A stretch of 64,000 nucleotides of DNA, taken from positions 142,352,001 through 142,416,000 of the forward strand of contig NC_042999.1 in assembly GCF_006345805.1 (NCBI RefSeq), in the 5' to 3' direction. Under the pieces are notes generated by a model. It made no database searches. It was not told where the DNA came from and saw only the letters and a program-made list of their open reading frames with translations. This stretch comes from Octopus sinensis (Eukaryota). The position numbers and the translations under genes were made by a program. Below are positions 13,301 through 24,600 of this stretch, piece by piece (position 1 is the stretch's first letter; each line of letters begins with the position of its first letter).

Positions 13301-16300
13301 GTTGTAACAGGTTACCTGGAAGAAGGACTAGTTGAAATTGTTAAGGAAAGGAAATGGCTGAAGCTGTCAGACTCAGTAGTAATTGTGGAATAGATTCATT
13401 CATAAAATATTTGCAAGAGATTGACTTATCCAGGAGAAAAACCAGAATGGTTGAGTGGATGTCAGCAGCCTCACAGTTGAAGAATTATGTATTGAAATCC
13501 ACTTACTGACTCTATTATAAACCGAGGACAAAGCATTTAAAACTTTCTACTGCACCTATCTGAAAGCAGAGTAGGCAAGTGCTTGCTAGTTGTTGTGGTA
13601 TACTAGTGGCTATAGGCTGTGCAATATAAAACCTTTCCAATTAGCTAGAAGAAGTGCATGTAATAGAAGAGAAAACAAAAATGACACAAGGTTAAAGTAT
13701 CAAAATAACTGGAAATTGACAAAAGGATTAGTGACTTCTAATGTTGAAATATTTCAGACAAAACTGGATGAATGGTCAAGAGAAAACTGTAACTGATATT
13801 TTGCATCAGAATAGTAAACAGAGTTTAAGTACAAAAACAATTATCAACGTCACAATAACATATTATGTACAGTTGTCTTGTTTAAATAATTTAGTGATAT
13901 ACCTTTCTTTGATGATGAATAACGCACCAAGTTGTGCCAGCATGGTGCTAGCAAATACAGCTAGGACAACAAAGCGGTCATACCTAGAAGGAATTACATA
14001 AGAAAAAAGTAAATGATAATTATATAACCAAAGTTGATGCTTTTCTTAAATATTATTTTAGAAGAGGTTTATCACCATTGACAATAATTTTCTACAAAAT
14101 GGAAAACAAACAGAAAAGTCTTTCAGTCATTGAAATTAAAAGATATAGTGACCAGTAGCAGAAGAATTCTATGAAAGTCACTTGAGACAGGATCAATATG
14201 ACCTGGAATGATATTATGAAGTTTTAGCCAAATAGTAATTTAACTGTCATCAGATCTACTTAATTTCTAGATTATTTGGGCTCTTTGTGTCTTGTCTGTC
14301 ATAATTGGGATATGATCTCAAAATACAACATTATGGTACGATAACCATGATGTAACCAAGATATATTTCATACTTTATCATATTTCAAGAAACTCACAAC
14401 ATTATTTAAATTTCAGTTTTTCATATTCGTTTTTCATTTTTTTAAATAATTTTTATAAAGGTTAAGTATAAAATATATTTGACAAAGAGATTAAATGAAA
14501 CTCCAAGAGCTCAAAGTTTGCAACACATCTAATCAAAACATTTATACTTCTATAACTATACTCTAGCAAAGGACCCAGTCATGTGGCTAGCAGCACTAAT
14601 TTGAAAGCTACTACTACTAAAATGGATATTTATATTGAAAGGTATTTGAGAAATGATGCACTAATGAGCATTCTCAGAATTATGAAAAGAAAAATTATTC
14701 ACACAACATGATATACATAATGTTTATAAAGAAGTTTACTATGTTTACAATACTTACTTTGCAAAATGAGTACCAAAAATAAGGAGAAAAACAAACAAAC
14801 CCTTACCCAAAAGAATATATAGAAGATGATCGCTGATATTGAATCCATAGTGTAAGCAGACATGTTAACAAACTGGAAAAAAAATTGAAATCACATTTAG
14901 ATAATCCCAATCAGATCACTGTTGTATCATATAATGAGGAAGATGGTGGTGTAAAAAGTTTTGAATATGAAATGTTAAAAACAAAAGAAATCTTACCTGA
15001 AAATGTCAAATATTGTAAGATAAGTGTAGGCTGTGAGAGCTGTAAGAATAAAATAGATAGGTGCAGGTTGTGAGCGATGTAACAGCAACATAGGTTTAGT
15101 AACTAGAAGAAGATTTAATGCTTGTGACAGTATAATGTGTTGGCCTTATGATAAAGAAAACACGGTCTAGGTTTTGCATTTTTGTTGTTGCGTAGCTCTA
15201 GCCCTGATTGAGTTACTTTATAATTAAAAACATTCCAGCAGTAACTGTCTGATCTTTTTTATATTGAGACCAATTTCTATTATGGCATATTGGAGTTGAC
15301 TAGCCTTTTATAAGCTCTGCACACTAATCTGTAGTGATTGCTCATCTGACCTATCAAGTGAGTTTGGAACATTGGTTGAGTCCTGTGCTTTGATTGGTCA
15401 AGTATTGCACAGGATATGGATCAAGGATCCAATCATGTTGTGCATAATACATTCTCAAACAACTAACCTGAATCAACATTGGAGTCTACATCTATCTGTA
15501 TATTGTTTTAACAAAACATCTATGACAGAGAGGTGAGCGATTTTCATGAAGGCAAGTCATGTTATTTTTCCTGCTATTATAATGAAGCACAAGTAATCAA
15601 CAATGGCCAGAGCAGAATTATCCAAACAATGGATGATGTGTTTATTTTGTCCACTGTTTTATTTACTAGAGGAATAAAGTCTCACTTTAAAGTTTGTTTC
15701 TTGTATCATCTCCACAAGTGAATATGCAACATGTTATATAATGGTATGCAAGATTCTGTAGTAAAACCAAGGAAGACTTAATACCAACACAGCTAAATAT
15801 CTAAGACTACACTGTCCAATGTGTTCTTCCTATGTTATGATGGTAGGGTGTAATTTTAGAGAGATTTATTTAGCTGGTATTTCTTGTAGGTTAAGCAATC
15901 ATGAAGAGATGTCTTACTTTTTAGTGAAGTTTACTGTTACAAGCTTTTGGACCACTAGTTGTACCCATGCAGGCTCCTCTGCCTTCCCCACTCTCATAGT
16001 AATTTCCTCATCAAACATGATGCTCAGCTACCCTAGGGCTCATAGTCCTGTGAACCGCATGGCAACCTCAATAGTGAAGGTAACATGAAAAAAGCACTCA
16101 GTCCACACTGTAAAGTGGTTGTTTTAGGAAGGGCATCCCGCTATAAAAACAATGCCAATGTAGATATTGGAGCTCGATGCAGTCTTTGGACACATCAGTT
16201 CCTGTCAAATCGTCCAACCCATGCCAGCATGGAATATGGATGTTAAACGATGATGATAATATCACAATCTTTTAAGGCTGATTCCCATTGTGCTTTGCTG

Positions 16301-19300
16301 TGCTTGGTGCCACTATTTGTCAGAGAGTATATATGGATAAGTTCTCCTAGCTGAGGATTACCATCAGATGATAAAGAGGTTAAGTTCCATGGTAAACCTC
16401 AAGAGGATATTCAATCAGTTGGTACAGCATTCCATTTCCCTGTCTCTTTGTTGCTTCACTTCATTATGTACTATATTTTGAAAAATAGAGAAACCTTCCT
16501 ATGACCACTGACATCTAGCTGGGCTACTTACAGAGATTGAAAAATGGCTTAGTAACACCCGATGAATCATAGTCTCCTCCTCCTTCATCAACAACAAAAC
16601 CAAAACCCATTCTGTTTACACAGAATGGAAGAAACACTGTAAATGTGCCTGTATGTAGTAGCAGGGACTCTCAGGATTGGAGATTGCTGTGATGACAAAT
16701 TGTGCCCTTTGCATATCCAAGAGCTCTTTTATTTCTAGTATTTTGTTTCACCGAGCTGGTGGAACCTTTGTGGAACCTACTATGGTATGAAGTGCAATGT
16801 TTTGTTCTTTTGTAGTTTATGATATGTTGTGGAGCATAGGGTAAGAGTTGGGGGTGCAGGCAGGTTAGGTATAATCCCTGATGGATCAAATTTTTGTTTG
16901 TACACTTATGTTATTGTCTCTTTGTGATGCCAAATGTAGGGCTTGTGAAGACTCAGAATATGTTTTATGTTGTTTATCATGCCTTCTGCATATTCTATAA
17001 ATGTTGTAGAGGTGTTTTCATCATCATCATTTAGCATCTGTTGTCCATACTGGCAAGGGTTGAACAGAAACAGACAAACATTGAAGAATCCAAGCATTTG
17101 TCTGCTTTTGTCCAACCCATGTATGTATGTACAATCATAATTCTTTCAAAAGGGAATGCCTTAAAAGTAACAAAAACATACCCATGCTTCCTGTAGAATG
17201 ACACCATAGTAACAAGATGATGGTTCCAATAACATTTATAGCACCAACTAAGAGAATTTTCTGAGCCTAAAACAGATTTGAGAAAATGTATCAATTTTTT
17301 GGGGGTTTAAAAACCATAATTTTACAATCAATTTCTCTTTGAACAAAAATAAACTTAAATCATATGTAGGAACAGTAATAGAACAAAGGTAAGCACTACA
17401 CTAAAACCTTATTTTGATGGGTGTGTTAATAACATGCCCTCAGGAAAATGCAATGATTAATTCCAATAATCAACAACTGGCATAATTATCTTCTCGTTAT
17501 AGATTATTTTTCCTTTTCTGAATAGTCACATCTAAATATTATTTAGAAATTTATGAACTGTTTTTTCCCCAACACAGAATATCATTAGTTTTCTTGGATT
17601 CTGGGTTTTATTTATTTTAATATTAATTCTGGTCATTCATAACCAAAATAAAAAAACAAAAAAAACAAGAAATATAGAATGACCTTAAAACTTACTTTTT
17701 TATTTTTCAATATGTCAGATAATTCTTTCAGAAGAACTTCTGGTATAGAATGTGGAGTAGTCAAAAAAGGATATATAGTTCCCTAAAATATAAAAGAAAG
17801 TTTTATTAAGGTAAATAAACAAGAACTTCAAACAAATTTTTAAAAATAAATCATTTGACCCTTACTCTCTTAAAACCCCACCACCAAAAAAAAGAAACAA
17901 AAAAAAAACGATTTTGTTGACAAAAATCTTTTGTTAGAGGTCTAAAATTTTAGAGGTTAGTTGAAATAAGATTTATGTCTCACTTGCAACTTCTTCTTTA
18001 TATTCTAGAAGAAAAAAAAGAGATACAAGAAAATAAAGCTGTGTTTATCACATAAAGTCCAACTTGAGTTAAATAAAGAGATCAATAGTTATTGCTCAAA
18101 AGTTGCAAAAGTAATTCTAAAATGACTGCAAATAAATAATATTGGCACAAAACTACATTTATAGAAGATTTGTATAATTACTGAAGTTCTTTGTACATAT
18201 TTATTGATACTGGAGGAATGAAATGTAAGATCAACTGCATTTAGTTTAGTAACCTACCACCATTTTGGCAACTCCAAAGTCCTGCAATACTAATAAAAAC
18301 AATGATAAGTAACTTATGACACATATCTACCTTCTAAAACTGAAGATATTAGAAATTATGTTAACCATGACTGAGTACAGAAAAAAAGCCATGCCTCACC
18401 AACCTACCAAACTGTTTTTGCTTCATTTACTGTTCTCTGAGTCCCAGTTAGTGAAACAATTAGAATGCTAGCAGAAGAGTTAATTGTTTCTAAATTTTGT
18501 TTAATAGTTACTATTGGCCCAAAATATTTCTATATGTAAAAAAACCTGTTGTCTACAGATCAAGTTGCTCCATGCTGACAATGCAGCACTGATGAGGTTC
18601 AATAAGTCTGAAACATGTCTATTGCTGTCATTCTCCCAACTGATCTTTCCTTTATGTATGAGACTTGAATTTGTTTTTAATTCCTAATTACCTTCCTTTT
18701 TCTTTGTAAGTTGCTAATGATTACCGTTAGGTTTTTGTTTTCTTTCCCCAGCTATGAGAAGAATCCATTAAAATTTTTTTTACATATGTTATTCAGTACC
18801 TACTTGATTTATCTTGTCCCTGACACTTTGCTGAGTGAGAAAAGCTCATAGAAATTAATTGTGAAAACACTCTATCTTTGATAAGTATTTTTGAGATGGC
18901 TTACATTGTTAGGATGTAATTATTGCATTAACTGGAGGAGAGATGTAGGATATCACCTTTAGAAATATTACTTGACATGCCAAAGAGAGTAGCATGATTT
19001 CTTTCTGAAATAGAAGTGTTGTTGCAATGCCATTTACTGTTCTGAGATTGCTGACTGTATAGACTTACAGTTCAAGCCCAATCAAAAAACTTTTTACAAC
19101 ATTTATCTCTGCATTCTAACCCTCAACCTACTAGAAAGTTGCCACCTCAGGATATATACACTAAACAATAGATACAGACACAGACCTTCTCGCTCAAATG
19201 TACACTACCTCACAACTACCTTACTAGCTTACCTGTTGCAGAAATTACTCTTTCTTCAGAGATAACATCACTCAAATCATTGTTACAAAACTCACTGCTA

Positions 19301-21350
19301 CAAAAATATTAATTACAAGACACAAGAATTGTGAGTCTAATCTTTTAAAACTACCAATCAAATTGTCATGATTTCAAACCTCATTGCATGGCTCTGGCAC
19401 ACATAATTCTGTTCCAATTTTCCTGGCCATCAAATATTAGCACGCCGGGTGAAATGCTTAGCTGTATTTCGTCTGTCTTTATGTTCTGAGTTCAAATTCC
19501 GCTGAGGTCAACTTTGCCTTTCATCCATTAAGGGTCGATAAATTAAGTACCAATTGCATACTGAGGTCGATCTAATCAACTGGCCCCACCTCCCCAAAAG
19601 TTTTGAGCCTTGTGCCTAGAGTAGGAAAAAAAAAAAGAATTTGCCTGGCTATATTCCTATTTAATACTTGAGTATTCAAAGCTCCAATAAAATCCATTTC
19701 GCTTATCACACACTGAGAAAAAAATTTGTGTTTCTTGTACTTACAAGTGGTTGATACTTTGGTACTATACAACTGGCAGATTCTTTATTTCCTAGAACTG
19801 AAAACAAATCGAAGGGAACATATGTAAGGACATTTAAAAAAAAAATTTTTCTAAGTGATAATACAACTGAATTAAACACAGATATAATCAGTAAAGTTTG
19901 GATATCAGGATGGTAGTTTCATGAATAGTAAGTAGAAACAGAAGAAAGAATCTTCGTAAGGGAAAAACTAAACCAAAAATAATTACAGAAGAGAGTAATG
20001 CCTGGTGTTCAGAGATGCAGCTTAAAAGGTGATGTTTAACCAGTTGGTTTATCAATTAGTTGGTGCTTTGAGTCAGATTAGTTCTTCTGTAGCTAGGAAA
20101 AGATACCAGTAAATGGATGTGGCAGTCAATATATTTTTGATGTTTAATACGACCAAATTGTGAGAAGGTCCACAACTAACATAGAAAGTATGTAGAAATT
20201 TAAATGGCTTTGAGTAAATGTTGGACACACACACGTGTGCAGGTATGGATATGTTGAAGTCCATTTCCCAACCAAGTGGTTTCACAATACCACTGCGCAA
20301 CAACTTGGGAAAGCGGCTTCTACTACGGTCCTAGACTGGCCTTGTGAGTAAACTTGGTAGACGGAAACTGAAAGAAGCCCGTCGTGTGTGTGTGTTACTG
20401 CCTTCTTATCTTGTCATCACATGATAATTGGAAGCGAGTGTCTCCGGCATGCAAGCTGCGTCCTTCGTTTCCAATCTTCCGAGACATGTCTGGTCACGCG
20501 GAAATATTATTTTGCTCGGAAATTAGGTTATGGCACGCGACAGGATGGGCATTCGGCTGTAGAAAATTTGCCTCAACAAGTTCCATCCGACCCATACGAA
20601 CATTGAATAAATGGACATTGGAAATGATGATGAAGTCTAGCAACATATTAACTATTCAAAACTTCATACATATTGACTAGTATTCGGCATAAGCAGTATC
20701 AACTGTATCTCTCGAAGTGGCATAAACAATATTTGGATATCATTCGACATTTACTTTTTATGGTGTTTGTGTGCAACGTTGGATCATTGGGATCAAGAAA
20801 ATGAAGAGTATAGTTAACTGAGTTATGATTTAGAAGTTGTTGATAGCCACATAACATTTAGTTTTAAAATGACAAATACCTGGCAACACTAGATCAAGGA
20901 TGATAGACAATTATGTCGCAACACTTCCATTAGGGACAGATACGACACATTTCAAGTTGTGTGGCGTTCTATCATTCCAAGAATTTAGAGGACCGGTCGA
21001 TAACCCTGAACCTATCATATGGAATATTCTTCCAATAATTTCTTTTGGATTTTACGTAACTAAAATAAAAAAAAATGAATTCATGTATTATAAATCTGCC
21101 TGTTTAACTATTAAATGAACTCTACTTAAACGTTTATCATTTGGATAAATAAAAAATTCCCGTTTGAGATAAACATTTCAACTTTCTATTCATGCACTTG
21201 ATGAACTTATCCACTCAACTCACCGTTGTAACCGGAATTAGAAATATCCACAGTAACACTGCTGCTGATCAAATCAGGCATTATGTTATGGTTATGAGCA
21301 CTCATTTTCCCGACAGTTAATTAGACTTTAAAAAGCTCACAGCAAGACAT
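5390..21350 (-). CDS. SLC30A6: Zinc transporter 6 (ZnT6, CDF/SLC30 family), 13 coding exons, 407 aa
   Basis: Exons in transcript order, all GT-AG and phase-consistent: 21341-21350 (MSC), 19745-19797 (FLGNKESASCIVPKYQPL), 17696-17782 (GTIYPFL...KNKK), 17182-17266 (AQKILLVGAINV...WCHSTGSM), 14997-15039 (ALTAYTYLTIFDIF), 14807-14872 (SLLTCLLTLW...IYSFG), 13903-13983 (YDRFVVLAVFASTMLAQLGALFIIKES), 12572-12607 (IERFIMQPEIHT), 10100-10243 (GRLLLG...SSSWLQEHMTDMSES), 8925-9044 (LCHVIPGLSKLLLPRLNPF...), 7618-7720 (MYYSADT...MFPMSMYTGKILLQ), 6779-6895 (TSPSHIIGQLDKLLREASTLDGVLEFRHEHFWT), 5390-5668 (AGTLQVRVRRDADEQMVLAHV...QIFKDDW...stop). Total 1224 nt. The peptides match the vertebrate ZnT6 sequence as I recall it along nearly the whole length. 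The first two exons are less certain. Confidence 0.95.
5903..6264. repeat. 90-bp tandem repeat, 4 copies
   Basis: CGATTCTGCC recurs at 5911, 6001, 6091 and 6181. The copies are identical apart from one substitution in copy 4. Confidence 0.95.
7793..8085 (+). mobile_element. RTE-related SINE-like repeat with (GAT)n tail (representative copy)
   Basis: Core TGGCGTTAGGAAGGGCATCCAGCCGTAGAAAC...CCAACCCATGCTAGCATGGAAAACGGACGTTAAA(GAT)n. Further copies at about 16090-16260, 28250-28400, 33606-33757, 33791-34040(-), 39840-40035, 44714-45190(-), 48538-48690(-) and 58020-58190. Confidence 0.8.
10925..11785 (+). mobile_element. Internally deleted, degenerate mariner element
   Basis: Broken transposase pieces: N-terminal ANVKFC...FKWY...SLEDDE-SGR and IHQLVHEDRWRTI; C-terminal HPLYLPDLASVDFHLFPKMKMQLKGHHF (the HPPYSPDLAPxDF motif) and CIAAHGDYFEG. 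Degenerate TIRs: aagttccgagactagtt near 10930 and aactagactgggaact near 11751. Confidence 0.85.
19445..19628 (+). mobile_element. MetaSINE-like SINE (representative copy)
   Basis: Core GAGTTCAAATTCCGCTGAGGTCAACTTTGCCTTTCATCC..GGGTCGATAAATTAAGTACC. Further copies at about 5745-5930(-), 13010-13230(-), 22370-22570(-), 45900-46070(-), 50540-50700(-), 58950-59110(+) and 59150-59350(+). Confidence 0.7.
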
Positions 21351-21621
21351 AATTCCAATAAGCACATTTCGTTGGCAAAGTACCTATGTGGCACTTGGTT
21401 TCGTACACACAAGAGTTCCAATGTTTTTGTTAGTATGAATAACGTCCCTTGTCTACTCCCAATCACAACAATCATTTGTCATAAAGTTGCGGCTGTAAAG
21501 CAGAACAGACGACAAATATGTAAAAGAAAAGTTTGAACGAAGAAATAGACGTTTATTTTTCTAATTATTCTATAAAAAACACACGTGTTTGATATAACTA
21601 ATCCTCTTTGACAGCAAGAAT
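21351..21621. promoter_or_regulatory. Putative bidirectional promoter and 5' UTR region shared by SLC30A6 and the YeeE-like gene
   Basis: Divergent ATGs at 21350 (-) and 21622 (+) are 271 bp apart. CpGs look more frequent around here than in the gene bodies. ttgacag at 21608-21614 may be a 5' UTR acceptor. Transcription start sites were not determined. Confidence 0.55.
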
Positions 21622-24600
21622 ATGTGGTTAGGCCAAAATAAATTTATTTCCAGTGGCCCTTTCAGTGCCATTCTTTTAGGAATGGTACTTGGATTACTTC
21701 TAGAGAAATCGAAAGGTACTCTAATGTTTTGTTTATGTTTAATTATTTAAATATTATTACATGATTTATTGTGGAATGTTTTCTGCTAGGCCAGGTCCTT
21801 AACAATAACTTTAAACTTATAAAGTTTTTAATCTGTAATCTCTTAAAACTCAGTTTTTCTAATCCGTATTTATTACATTTATATATCCGATTAAATTCTA
21901 GCATCTCTTCTGGTGATCACATTTTCTCACTCGTGTTTGACAAATTAAGTGTTTGTAGGACAATGATGGATTAGACTAGAAAATATAAACACGAATTACG
22001 CGGGATTGCCATGAGAAGTGACGACTAACGTTTCGATCAAGGACTTTAACAAAAAACTTTCATCTTATATATTACTACTTCTCAGTACACACCCAACTTT
22101 TGATTATGTCTTTTAGAAAAATAAATTTGCCAAGTTCCTTTTAAACTGTCTAATTCTAGCTCTATATGATAAAGCTACATAGAACGCACCTTGTGGCGGT
22201 TGTCGTGATGCATTGGCCAACAAGTTCCGGTATAACCCTTCATAATGCCCGGCAGTGTTGGCATACCCCGTGTGTAAGATGACGGGATAATATAGAGCAG
22301 ACAATAGACATTCAAAAGAGTTCAAATCCCACTGGGATTAACTTCGACTTTAATCTTTCCGGAGAGAATGAAATATTGATTTCAAATTTTGGCACAAGGC
22401 CAGCAATTTCAGGGGAGTGGGTAAGTCGATTACATCGACTTCAATACTCAACTGGTACTTATTTTATTGATCCCGAAAAAAAAAAAAAAGGCAAAGTCGA
22501 CTTCAGCGGACTTTGAACTCGGAATGTAAAGATGGAAGAAATAACACTAAACATTTTGCCCGGCCACCATGAAGTGAATAAAATTACTATCTGTGAAGTA
22601 TTGGAGTCAAGAAAATCGACTTTTCCCTCCCACAAAATTTCTGACCTGGTGCCTATGCAAGAAATCAATTTAATTTCATGTTACATTTTTAATGAGGTGA
22701 ATAAACTTAGACCGATCTTCTAGGCACCGTCTCAATTGATAATCTTGAGCGAAATTTGTTTTTGGTTATAAACTTTGCTGAATACCTTTTTCACAGCGTT
22801 AAGTAGATGAGAACAACAAAAGGTTCCCAAAACATTTTCTAGACACGAGTTTAGTTGGTTGTGATTACTTCAAAATTCCAGTATTTTTACAAACCTCTTG
22901 TACCATCGGTATTTCTCTTGCATACCCCTTATGGAGAATCTGGTATATATAAGCGTACCCATCCACCTCTGACTTTGTTTCATCGTAACTTTCAGGAAAA
23001 TGAATATTTCTACGAATGAAATTATCTACGAATACATTTCAGACTGAGTAGATTACGATTACATTGGAACTTATTGAGAAAACATTTTTCTATTGAGTAG
23101 GGAAGTTTGTTCCCTCATAACTGTCAGAAAAATTGATCAGATGGCTAGATTACGGTTCTGTCAGAATTCAATGAGAAACAACAACAAAAAATTGGTGAGC
23201 GGACATACATACGTACTGATACGCATCACATGTATATCTACAAAATGAACTATGAAATCGTAACTTAATCATCTGAATGGTATATGTAGAAAATTTCATT
23301 TAAAAATATCTATTTTTCTGAAAGTTACGAGGGAACAAATGTCGGTTAATATAGGGCGTAACAAATATCAGAAAATCAAAAAAAAAATGTGTGTAATAGG
23401 TGTAAAACAACTTCCTATGAACGAATATGAAAAAAAAAATTCGCGCACGCGAAAGGGGGGTGGGGGAGAGGCCTCGGAAAATTCACATCGGGAAGTTCCG
23501 AAAGCGTCTGAGGGGCTGACCCGGGCACCAAAACAAAAAAAAAAATAGTGTAATATGTGTAAAACAACTTGCTCTAAACGAATATGAAAAAAAAATGCGC
23601 TCTCGCGAAAGAGGGGTGGGGGAGAGGCCTCGGAATATTTATATCGGGAATTTCCGAAAGCGTCTGAACCGGGCACAAAAACAAAAACAAAAACAGCTTG
23701 CTCTAAACGACTATCATGAAAAAAATGCGCGCTCGCGAAAGGGGGGTGGGGGAGAGGCTTCGGAAATTTCACATCTTCAGTCCACGGCCTTTAAACTAAG
23801 AAAAAATAGTGTAATTGGTGTAAAACTACTTGTTCTAAACGAGTATCAAGAACACACACTCACACATGAATCATAAACTCCGTATTTCGCAAAAAAAAAA
23901 TAAAGAGAAGAAATTCTGGAAAAAGTGAAGAAATGTTGGATCTCCGCCATGTGAATCAAAATACGTGTCAGAAACATCTTGAAATACTACAGAAATTATG
24001 TTACGAAAATGATAATGTATACATACCTCTTTGAGTGGTCCATCGATAATGATGATAAAGAAATGAGTTGGATTTGAACTCAGAATATTGACTAACACAA
24101 CTACATACTACAAGACTCAAAATATTCAGCCAAGTCACCACCCTTAACTAGCAATAATAATAACATCAATAACATAACAGCCAAAAGATTTATTTGTTCT
24201 GAAAATAACAATCATAGTAAATAAATATGTTCTTTAATATTCACATTCATGTGCACTGCAAATTATAAAGATAATTAATTGCTTTACTAAACAGTGTTGT
24301 AAAGGTGAAAGAATAAATTTGGGAAAAAAATACACGCCAAAACTAATTAATAAAGGATAATTAGGGAAGGATTGACACAAAATAATAATTTTTTCTGTCT
24401 CTTTTTTTTCTGATAAATGCATCTTAATAAGTGAAAAGAATTGCATATATCTGAACTATTTCAAAGAAAAGCATAAATTTAATGTTTAAAATAGCTTTAA
24501 CCAAGGAATGAGATCCAACATTTCTTCACTTTTTCCAGAATTTCTTCTCTTTATTTTTTTTTTTGCGAAATACGGAGTTTATGATTCATGTGTGAGTGTG

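Noticed and set aside
22760-23120. Protein-like minus-strand stretch ([28 protein letters not shown])
   Set aside because: It is short, has no start or splice context, and I recognise no family.
23871-24098. Spacer ORF containing [11 protein letters not shown], faintly like a transposase CxxH motif
   Set aside because: The spacing does not fit, there is no DDE context, and part of the ORF derives from a SINE fragment and the arm.
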